Below, one piece after another: positions 46,649 to 54,763 of a stretch of 64,000 nucleotides of DNA. Below the pieces are notes generated by a model that saw only the letters and a program-made list of their open reading frames with translations, was not told where the DNA came from and searched no databases. The DNA lies in contig DAOULZ010000011.1 in NCBI GenBank assembly GCA_034414575.1, positions 14,318 through 78,317 on the forward strand, given 5' to 3'. The translations under genes and the position numbers were made by a program. The stretch's first letter is position 1. Every line of letters begins with the position of its first letter. This stretch comes from Dehalococcoidales bacterium (GTDB lineage Bacteria; Chloroflexota; Dehalococcoidia; Dehalococcoidales; UBA5760).

Positions 46649-47469
46649 GGATAACGCTTCAAAAGAGACTTGTAATTGTAAATGTCCTAGCAGCTACGCT
46701 CATTGTTATCATAACCTTCGTGCCCCATGATCTTCCGCGAATAATCCTGGGGTTGCCTTTTGTAATGTTCTTTCCCGGCTATACATTGATGGCGGCGCTC
46801 TTTCCCAAGAGAGATAGCGTGGATAGCGTTGAAAGAGTGGCCTTAAGCTTTGGGATCTCGGTGGCGGTGGTGGCATTTGACTTACTCATACTTAACTACA
46901 CTATTTGGGGCATTAAGTTATATCCTATTCTTATTTCTATTATAGTTTTCATTTGGGTCACCTCACTGGTTGCTTGGCAACGGCAGAGAAGATTATCGGC
47001 GGAGGATAGACCTACCGTCTCTCTCAGTTTCGGTTTCACTCTTCAAAGAGGAAGACCTTTCTTGGTCTTTATTATAGTGGCCATAGTCGGTGCGGTGGGC
47101 ATTCTGGGCTATCTTATGGCTAACCCTAAGATGGGGGATAGGTTTACCGAGTTTTACGTGGTGGGACCAGGGGGCAAGGCTGAAGGCTATCCCCGGGAGT
47201 TGGTGATGGGAGAGGAGAGCAGGGTGACGGTGGGCATTGTCAATCGTGAGTACCAGCCGGTGACCTACAGTTTGGCGGTAGCAATAAACGGCACCGGAGA
47301 TGGTGAGATGGAACCTATAACCCTGGAACACGAGGGTCAGTGGGAGGGGGTGGTTAATTTCACTCCTAGTATAGCGGGTGATGACCAGAAGGTGGAGTTC
47401 TTGCTCTACCGGGCTGACCAGAGTGAGGTTTATCGGCAGCTACACATCTGGATTGACGTAGGGGAATAA
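46645..47469 (+). CDS. DUF1616-like membrane protein (archaeal-type)
   Basis: ILGLPFVMFFPGYTLMAALFP...ERVALSFGISVAVV...LNYTIWGIKLYPILISI, then FTEFYVVGPGGKAEGYPRELVMGEESRVTVGIVNREYQPVTYSLAV. This matches the DUF1616 pattern as I remember it. Confidence 0.6.
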   Translation: MRITLQKRLVIVNVLAATLIVIITFVPHDLPRIILGLPFVMFFPGYTLMAALFPKRDSVDSVERVALSFGISVAVVAFDLLILNYTIWGIKLYPILISIIVFIWVTSLVAWQRQRRLSAEDRPTVSLSFGFTLQRGRPFLVFIIVAIVGAVGILGYLMANPKMGDRFTEFYVVGPGGKAEGYPRELVMGEESRVTVGIVNREYQPVTYSLAVAINGTGDGEMEPITLEHEGQWEGVVNFTPSIAGDDQKVEFLLYRADQSEVYRQLHIWIDVGE

Positions 47470-47829
47470 ATCAGCATCTATAATAGAATTGCCCAAGGCC
47501 TCTGTCATCGGCAGGTTTAAAAAGTGCCGTTTCCTATAACGACGTACACCCTGATTGGGCACTACACCTGATCCAACAGCTCTTCTATGTAGGAAACCCA
47601 CCCTTCTACCGCATTATAACTGTGGTAGTCTGCTTAAGAAGGTTACGGGTCGTGCCCAGCAAGATAGGTCAATAGGGATTACCAAAAGTTTTTACAGTAA
47701 TCGTGGGTGAGGGGTTTGACCATAGCCTTTAGTAAATGTATTCTGTTAGGTGTACCCTTTGCATTTAGGGTATTGACCTAGTTATCAAACATGATTAAAC
47801 TTAAACTCCCAAAATGACGGGATAAACAT

Positions 47830-48387
47830 ATGGGTTTCTTTGATAAAGCAAAGGATACATTTCGAGAAAAGACAAGAGATAAGGTATGCGCCACTCTAAA
47901 AAGCATAGGAGTGGATGCTAAACTGGCTGAAAATGGACGCCCTGAGGAAAATATAAAATGTGGTTTTGGTATTCACTCGCTTGGAATCATTGACATAGCT
48001 GAAGGTCCCATACGTTGGGTCAACATACGTATTGACGTCAATGGAACTAATTGGATTGACTTTGGAGTCCCAGACCCAAGGCTGGGCCAAAGTGAACACA
48101 AAGTTCTAATTCAAGCACACTTTCAAAAGACTTTGTTTGGTCTCGGCAGGCTCGTCGATTTGATATGGCGGGGTGAAGACTCAAGTTTGGGTATTATCCA
48201 GCGTCTTAATGATGATATACCACTAAAGAATACATTAATGAGGGCGAATGCATATGATTTTACAGTCAGTGCTTATAATAGTCCCAGCTGTTGGATAATA
48301 TCAGTAGCTTATCTGATTCCTCCTACTGAAGAGTTGTGGGATTGCTACCAATCGATAGCTAAGCACCTGCTTGCTGATTGGGCGTAG
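47830..48387 (+). CDS. hypothetical protein in an AT-rich patch
   Basis: 185-aa ORF with no recognisable motif. Two 60-nt lines (47941-48000 and 48241-48300) count 22 and 23 G+C, versus 33 in a control line at 52201-52260. Confidence 0.45.
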   Translation: MGFFDKAKDTFREKTRDKVCATLKSIGVDAKLAENGRPEENIKCGFGIHSLGIIDIAEGPIRWVNIRIDVNGTNWIDFGVPDPRLGQSEHKVLIQAHFQKTLFGLGRLVDLIWRGEDSSLGIIQRLNDDIPLKNTLMRANAYDFTVSAYNSPSCWIISVAYLIPPTEELWDCYQSIAKHLLADWA

Positions 48388-48686
48388 CTACTAAATATTT
48401 GAAAATATTGGTTTGCAGGCTGCAGGGATGACTGACCATCACTGGAACTGTGTTCTAGAATAAGATACCTTCTCACACGGGACAATTCGTGCGATGCTAT
48501 TGAGGGTAGCCGTCTTTGCTTTTGATTACTGTCGGCGGCTAGTAATATGCTTAATCGAGCTCTGCGGCAGCAGTGTATACCGGCGGTTTTGGTACAGGTG
48601 AGATTTAGGATAGTTCGGCTCGTTAGCAAAGACTTTATACAGTATTAATGTTATAACCGGTGTAACAGACGGGACAAGCTATAGCT

Positions 48687-50159
48687 ATGTTTAGAATACG
48701 GGAGTTCATTGCAACGATGCTGGTTTTGGCAGTCGTCCTGACGCTGAACACGGTAGTATTCATGGCGCAACCAGCATCAGCCGCCGTTGGTGTTTTGTTT
48801 GATACCGGACATCAAATGGATGCGTCCGATATTTCTGGGTACAGTAACATGATTACCGACCTCACTTCACGAGGCTTCCAATTCACTGAGGATAGCGACG
48901 GTGATATTACAGAAGCGGATTTAAGTGGCAATCATATTCTGGTAATAGTGGAGCCAGACAATGCGCTATCTACTTCGGAGATAAACATTATTCAGAGTTT
49001 TATCGCCACTGGACACAGCTTATTACTTATGTCGGATGAACTGGACGAAAGTGGCAGAGTAGCGGTTAATACTCTCCTCAGTCCTTATAGTATCCAGCAA
49101 TCAACTAGACTGGAAGGAAAGGGCGTCTATACAGACATCTCCAGCCATACTGTCACCAATGGGGTGTCACAATATAACCATGAGTCAGAGGGCGTCAAAT
49201 TTGATATAGTAGATTCTCCAGCATTGTCTTTAATAAGGAATGGGGATGGGGATACGTTAGTTGCCGCGTGGCATGCAGGCGCTCGAGTTGTAGTTGTATC
49301 TGACGAGAACTCTTTTCGACGGAACCGGTACCACAATCCTGATAACAACATACTTATTCGGAACGTTTTCGATTGGTTAGCCGGTGTTGAACCTCCGGTA
49401 GCTGATTTCTCTGCTCAGCCAAGAACCGGGCAAGATTTGTTAAATGTCTACTTTGTCGATAAGTCTATAGGTGACATTACTGACTGGCGTTGGGACTTTG
49501 GTGATGGTACCAGTAGTAGTGAACAGAACCCTACCCATGAATATGATAATACTGGAAAATATACGGTCAGGCTTTCTGTTACTGGTGCCGGGGGCTCGGA
49601 CATTAAAATAAAACAGGGCTATATCAATGTGGTTGACGCGTCAGGAATGGTAGCTGAAGCTGAAGTGGCTGAGTTTGTGACATCTAACATTGACATAGAA
49701 CCCTCCCAAGTTCTGCCCGACCAGGTGGTAAGTATCTCCGTAAATGTGGCTAATAGTGGAGGTGCCGGGGAAAATTATCAGGTGGTTCTTAATATAGATG
49801 GGAACCTAGAGGATAGCCAGTTAATAAGCTTATCTTCAGGGTCTTCTCGCAGAGTTGTATTTAACGTAACCAGGACAATTCCAGGTGCATATGAGGTATC
49901 GATTGAGGGACATAAAGGTCAGTTTATTGTAATCGGGAATGCACCTAATGCATCGGCTACAAATGCAGCGAGTAACCCACCAGCCAGCAGTGGCCTGGGG
50001 ACCCCAGTGATTGTTGGCATTGTTCTTGGTAGTGTGGGCGCAGCCATAGCTGTGATTATGGTCACTAGACGTCGGCGTCGCCCGGATTATCTACAGGACC
50101 TGGAAGAAAAGTATCAAAAGGTTTTAGATGACTTGGATAAGATAAAGAAATCATTATAA
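48687..50159 (+). CDS. secreted surface protein: N-terminal domain + PKD domain + CARDB-like domain + C-terminal TM anchor
   Basis: Signal peptide ...AQPASAAVG. PKD motif WRWDFGDGTSSSEQNPTHEYDNTGKYTVRLSV. C-terminal PVIVGIVLGSVGAAIAVIMVTRRRRR. Confidence 0.75.
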   Translation: MFRIREFIATMLVLAVVLTLNTVVFMAQPASAAVGVLFDTGHQMDASDISGYSNMITDLTSRGFQFTEDSDGDITEADLSGNHILVIVEPDNALSTSEINIIQSFIATGHSLLLMSDELDESGRVAVNTLLSPYSIQQSTRLEGKGVYTDISSHTVTNGVSQYNHESEGVKFDIVDSPALSLIRNGDGDTLVAAWHAGARVVVVSDENSFRRNRYHNPDNNILIRNVFDWLAGVEPPVADFSAQPRTGQDLLNVYFVDKSIGDITDWRWDFGDGTSSSEQNPTHEYDNTGKYTVRLSVTGAGGSDIKIKQGYINVVDASGMVAEAEVAEFVTSNIDIEPSQVLPDQVVSISVNVANSGGAGENYQVVLNIDGNLEDSQLISLSSGSSRRVVFNVTRTIPGAYEVSIEGHKGQFIVIGNAPNASATNAASNPPASSGLGTPVIVGIVLGSVGAAIAVIMVTRRRRRPDYLQDLEEKYQKVLDDLDKIKKSL

Positions 50160-50410
50160 GATAAGCGATAGATTTACTTATCTGAGAGGGTAACTACAGT
50201 CCCCCGTATTGTACACGATGGTGGGCCTTTCGGGACAGTTCCCGAACTCCTGTTTGGGAAGAAACAGCTTATCCCAGCATTGCAGCAGTTCTTGATATCA
50301 TATCACACTTAAAGATGATTTGTTAGGGGGTAGAACGTACAATATTACAAGCGTCTGAATAGTTTACTACTCTGGCGTAAATTCAGAGAAGCCAGCCATG
50401 ATTGAATAGC

Positions 50411-51322
50411 CTACGCTACGATCGGGGCCCGGCAAATCAGCACCGAGTACTCGGCATGCCTGGCCACTGTCTCCGCCACATTCCCTAACAGGAATGACTC
50501 GATGCCGGTTAGTCCCCTGGCTCCGAGCGTAATCAGGTCAGGTTGGTATTCTTTAGCAACCGCCAGGACAGACTCGGCGGCTCCTCCCCGCATGACTAAA
50601 GATAACGTTTTGTACCGTACCCTGGAAAACTGCCGTTCGCTTTCGGTCAATATTTTTCGAGCCTCTTCTTCTTCGGCTGCCTGAAGTTGGGCAACCAGCT
50701 CTTGATTAGCTTTAAGGTCAAGCGTCGGCGTTCTGATCACCGCTTCAATATGCGATTGAACCGCCGTCATCAGGATAACCTGACTGCGCGGTAGGGGAAG
50801 ACTCAGCAAAAACTGGGTTGCTATCTCTGAATAGCTGGAGCCGTCGGTAGCAAGCAGGACACGGCTGACGGAAGAAGTCTCCTTCTTAACCAGTAGAACA
50901 CTGGCATCGGTATGTCTCATAACCTTCTGGGCGACACCGCCGAGAAAGAACTGCGGAGAGTCGGTCAGCCCCTTGGCCCCCATCAAGATGAGGGAAGCAT
51001 CGTTTTCTTTAGCCGCCCTCAGAATTGATTCAGCCGGATTCCCCCAACGCACCAGGCTTTCCAGTCTCAGCCTGGTGGTACCAAGTTCCTGAATTGCCAT
51101 TTCCACCAAATTGGCAGCCTGTTCTCGCTGTCTTTCCTGCCTAGCGCTCCTTGCTGAAGCCTTACCTCTAAACAGGTCAAGACTCAACCCACCCAGGAAG
51201 CTGTGGTCAGGCACGACCGTCATAACCGTAGCCTGAGTCCCGCGAGGCAATTTGAGTGCCTTAAGCATACTTATAGCCATCTGAGAATATGGTGAACCGT
51301 CAATTACCATAAGAACCTTCAT
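50411..51322 (-). CDS. tandem universal stress protein (two USP domains)
   Basis: 303 aa. Two copies of the MKVLMVIDGS.../...LILMGAKGLT...GGVAQKV pattern are present. Confidence 0.8.
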   Translation of the reverse strand: MKVLMVIDGSPYSQMAISMLKALKLPRGTQATVMTVVPDHSFLGGLSLDLFRGKASARSARQERQREQAANLVEMAIQELGTTRLRLESLVRWGNPAESILRAAKENDASLILMGAKGLTDSPQFFLGGVAQKVMRHTDASVLLVKKETSSVSRVLLATDGSSYSEIATQFLLSLPLPRSQVILMTAVQSHIEAVIRTPTLDLKANQELVAQLQAAEEEEARKILTESERQFSRVRYKTLSLVMRGGAAESVLAVAKEYQPDLITLGARGLTGIESFLLGNVAETVARHAEYSVLICRAPIVA

Positions 51323-51394
51323 CGCTAACTCCTTTCCCCCTTAATAGTTTAAAACTAGGAGAAGAACAATCCTCCAGCCCTACCCAACGTTATC

Positions 51395-53437
51395 TCACCT
51401 CTCTAACTCTAAGGATGGTATAGCCTCCTTTACTGTGGCAACTGCCTCCGAACTAATTGCCTCCGCCGCCTTTAAGATACCCTCAGCCGCTTCAGCCGCT
51501 GCTGATTCCTCCGATACCCCGGTCTGTTCGGCTATTTCTTTAGCCGTCTCTATTGTCTTGGCGGTGGCGGCCGCCAGGTCGCCATGCGCCTCGGCAGTCC
51601 CCTGAATGATACCCTGGCTTGCCCCCAGTATGGCATCATACGGGTCCGCCCCCGCCCGGGTGGAGGCTTGCACCACACCTGTCACCACGGCAGAGGCCAC
51701 CTGCCCAACATCTACGGGTTTATCATCGGCAACATGGACAGCACCGCGCGCCATCTGCCGTGAAATTTCTGCTCCGTGCACCCTTACCTCTGCTTCCTTA
51801 CCCTTCCATATACCGTTCAGACCATTCTCCAAGGACTTGGCGATTCTCTTAGTTACCCGACGACCACGCATGGCGGCCATGGTAGCCACCCGGCCAATCT
51901 CCGCAATCTGGTAGGCGGTAACACCCAGGGCAGCATCCAGTCCTACTGGCACTTTCCTTAAATTGCCGAAGGGGAAATTGGCAGCCAGGTTAAAAGCCGG
52001 TACTGAGCTCATAGGTCGAGAGAGCTCCCGCGTCGGAAACATTAGTGATTCTAGCATTACTTCGCGACTTACTTCGCCTTCCTCACGCAGTCTCGCCAGC
52101 ATTGTCAGGGTAATAAGCCCGATAACAAAGGCAATGCCAAACAAAAAATCAAAACCAATCATACTGACGACTGGCAGCTGAGTAGAACCGGACGGAGCAA
52201 GCCAAGTGAGGGTCAGGTCAAATTGACGCGTGCTGAAGAAGGTGGCTAGTAAGCCCCCTACCAAAGGCCCCAAACCAGCTCCCAGGTTGGTGGCTAGGGA
52301 TGAAGTTGCTAGATAAGAGGTTGCCTCTCCTTTAGGGGCCATCTTCAAACCGATAGTGCCGATGGTGAGGGTTACCCCGGCGTTGGCAATACCGGCGAAT
52401 ATATGCAATATAAATAATAGGGGCATGGTAAGGAAGTATCTTTCCGGCATGGTGGTAAATATCCAGCCCATAATGACGAGCAGATAGAGCGAGGCGCATA
52501 TGGAGAGGACTACCTTATTGCCAAAACGGTCGACAAAATTGCCCCACACCCGCAGAAACAGTATGTTGAAGGCTTGCCCGATGATGCTGAGGACGATGAC
52601 CCAGGTTAGGGATAGCCCAAGCCGCTGGAGCATGTAGACAGCAAAGAATGGCACCGCCAGATTCAGGGCAAAGTTCCAAGAGAACAGAAACTGTATCAGC
52701 TGCCTGAAGTTTACGTCTTTAAGGGGTGCCGTAACTTTCTGCCAGAGGGAAGGTTGAGATCCGGTTACCGGCTGCATTAACGGCTCGGGCATACGCGACA
52801 TGAAGATGGGACTTAAAAGCCCGAGGCTCAAAGCGCCGAAGAGAAGCACGTAGGTATAGCCGAAGATAGCACTTCCTGCGGCGGCATGATTAAGCCAGTA
52901 ATCCACAAACAGGGCGGCTGATAGGCTGAAGGCGACACCGGTAGCCGTGGCAAAGGCCAGTCGTCTTGAAAAAAACCTGCCCAGTATTGCCTGTGGGACC
53001 AGGTCGCGAATCCAGCCATTCCAGGCAGCGTTGGTAGAGGCGTGAAAAAGGCCGCGGATGGCCATCAGTGCCAGCAGCAGTGATATCGCTCTCGCTCCAG
53101 GAATGGCCATAAATGTCGGGATGAGGGCGATTGGTACCCAGAACGACTGGGCGATAAACCAGCTAATTACCGCCATCGCCTTACGCTGCCGGAATTTTTC
53201 CACTAGGGAGATAGCGGGTAGCTGCAGGATTTGCATCAGAAATGGGAGCGCTGCCAGAACACCGATGTGCAGACTATCGGCGCCCAGCGCTAGGGCATAG
53301 GCTGCTAGGAAGCCGCTGGTGGTAATACTGTTAAAACCCAGGGACGCAGTCCCCTCAAGGGTTAACCAGCGCAGGCCGGAGGTTAACTCCGGCTCGGAGA
53401 TAGTGGGTTTAGGCTTAAAAATCTGGAGCAACTTCAC
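51395..53437 (-). CDS. MFS transporter with a ~200-aa C-terminal soluble Ala-rich extension
   Basis: About 12 TM helices span the first ~470 aa. A non-membrane tail follows, ending ...AAATAKTIETAKEIAEQTGVSEESAAAEAAEGILKAAEAISSEAVATVKEAIPSLELER. Confidence 0.7.
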   Translation of the reverse strand: MKLLQIFKPKPTISEPELTSGLRWLTLEGTASLGFNSITTSGFLAAYALALGADSLHIGVLAALPFLMQILQLPAISLVEKFRQRKAMAVISWFIAQSFWVPIALIPTFMAIPGARAISLLLALMAIRGLFHASTNAAWNGWIRDLVPQAILGRFFSRRLAFATATGVAFSLSAALFVDYWLNHAAAGSAIFGYTYVLLFGALSLGLLSPIFMSRMPEPLMQPVTGSQPSLWQKVTAPLKDVNFRQLIQFLFSWNFALNLAVPFFAVYMLQRLGLSLTWVIVLSIIGQAFNILFLRVWGNFVDRFGNKVVLSICASLYLLVIMGWIFTTMPERYFLTMPLLFILHIFAGIANAGVTLTIGTIGLKMAPKGEATSYLATSSLATNLGAGLGPLVGGLLATFFSTRQFDLTLTWLAPSGSTQLPVVSMIGFDFLFGIAFVIGLITLTMLARLREEGEVSREVMLESLMFPTRELSRPMSSVPAFNLAANFPFGNLRKVPVGLDAALGVTAYQIAEIGRVATMAAMRGRRVTKRIAKSLENGLNGIWKGKEAEVRVHGAEISRQMARGAVHVADDKPVDVGQVASAVVTGVVQASTRAGADPYDAILGASQGIIQGTAEAHGDLAAATAKTIETAKEIAEQTGVSEESAAAEAAEGILKAAEAISSEAVATVKEAIPSLELER

Positions 53438-53507
53438 GAAGACCAGACCTCAGGTTTAAATTACGGCCCTCTCTGCCTCGTCGAAATAGCTATGATAGCT
53501 AACGGCG

Positions 53508-53813
53508 CTACGGCTTTTCAGTTTTTGGCTGTTGCTTTCTACGCTTCCAACCCAGCATCACTAGCAGCTCGCCTACTTCAGCATCACTTATTTCGTCCTT
53601 AAGGGGCATATCGGGGTGAATCTTATACTTATTCTGCCGACCGACTTTCGTTTTTGATATATACCCCGCTTCCTCAAGGTCCATAATTATGCGGTGGGCC
53701 GTCCTCTCTGTTACCCCAATAGTGTCCCCAATCTCCCGGGCGGTAAGATTCGTGTGTTTAGCAATAGTCGCTAAAACCAGTCCATGATTCGTAATGAAAG
53801 CCCACTCACTCAT
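53508..53813 (-). CDS. small winged-HTH transcriptional regulator, copy A
   Basis: The ORF track starts at 53858. I prefer ATG at 53813 (MSEWAFITNHG...), which has AGGAGG 5 nt upstream and matches the start of copy B. HTH region: LTAREIGDTIGVTERTAHRIIMDLEEAGYISK. Confidence 0.8.
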   Translation of the reverse strand: MSEWAFITNHGLVLATIAKHTNLTAREIGDTIGVTERTAHRIIMDLEEAGYISKTKVGRQNKYKIHPDMPLKDEISDAEVGELLVMLGWKRRKQQPKTEKP

Positions 53814-53960
53814 GCTAACCTCCTTCAAAAAATAGTTATAAAAAGCCCTAAAAACCACTTGACAAATTGCGGAATTTAGTTATAATAATATTCTAGAAAT
53901 GTATTTCTAGTAATAGTTATGTTGTTATATGATACCAGACATTTAACGAAAAATCAAGCC
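53536..53960. repeat. direct repeat copy A (regulator gene + promoter/operator block)
   Basis: Aligns by eye with 61096-61510. 85 of 100 positions match in the hand-aligned stretch 53541-53640 versus 61101-61200. There is one ~11-nt indel just upstream of the start codon. Confidence 0.85.
53859..53957. promoter_or_regulatory. face-to-face promoter pair flanking the palindromic operator CTAGAAAT-GT-ATTTCTAG
   Basis: P(+): TTGACA at 53859-53864, 16-nt spacer, TATAAT at 53881-53886. Palindrome at 53893-53910 (8+2+8, perfect). P(-): TTGATT (reverse complement of 53952-53957), 17-nt spacer, TATCAT (reverse complement of 53929-53934). Confidence 0.6.
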
Positions 53961-54161
53961 CCATAACAGTAGTTTGCGACAGGAAGTGAAACAAGAAATA
54001 ACATGAAAAGACCTGACCAGAGTAAGGCTAAAACAAAGAAAATCGAGGTTAAAGCTAAAAAGAAGGTAAGCTAACTATCGGGCATAGGATCCCTGCTTTC
54101 CCAGCCTCCCAGACAAGAAAACCGACATAAAGGGCTTCAGTCAGAAAAGAGAAATGTAAAA

Positions 54162-54626
54162 ATGGCTAAGACTTACAAGAAAATACTGGTACCATTGGAT
54201 GGTTCACAATTAGCCGAATGGGCACTTGAAGATGCTAAGGCAGTAATATCAGGCAAGAAAGACTGCTTGATGACGCTGCTCAGAGTAGTTGAGCCGCTAT
54301 TAGTAGCTCATCTGGTCGATTATGTAAACGTTGAAGAGTATCGAACTGCCGAGGAGAGGAACGAGGCTGAGGCGAAAGACTACCTCCTCAGCATTGCGAA
54401 GGAGCTAACCAGGGCTGGTCTGAGGGTTAAGATTGAACTAGTGGTTGGTGGTGCGGCAGATAGTGCGATACTGAACTATGCCAAGGAAAATAAAATAGAT
54501 CTCATCGTCATGAGCACACATGGAAGGTCAGCGGTCCATCGCTGGATCTTTGGTAGTGTCGCACAGAGAGTACTACGTCATTCTCCCATACCTGTATTAA
54601 TAGTGCCGCTCTCTGGCTTTCGATAA
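54162..54626 (+). CDS. uspA: universal stress protein (single domain)
   Basis: KILVPLDGSQLAE...DLIVMSTHGRSAVHRWIFGSVAQRVLRHSPIPVLIV. Confidence 0.85.
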   Translation: MAKTYKKILVPLDGSQLAEWALEDAKAVISGKKDCLMTLLRVVEPLLVAHLVDYVNVEEYRTAEERNEAEAKDYLLSIAKELTRAGLRVKIELVVGGAADSAILNYAKENKIDLIVMSTHGRSAVHRWIFGSVAQRVLRHSPIPVLIVPLSGFR

Positions 54627-54763
54627 ACTAAATGATTTCTTGTCTAGAAGGCTCCTCGCCACTGCCATTTAAAAATACTATACATCGAATCAAGGATTAC
54701 AGCATAAACTCGAAAATAAACATAAAGATGACTTAATAACAAAATAACTAGAGGAGGATGACA

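Noticed and set aside
54003-54074. 23-codon Lys-rich sORF (MKRPDQSKAKTKKIEVKAKKKVS) in the leader between P(+) copy A and usp.
   Set aside because: There is no convincing SD at proper spacing. The equivalent leader after copy B has no counterpart. The AAA-rich sequence easily yields such an ORF by chance.
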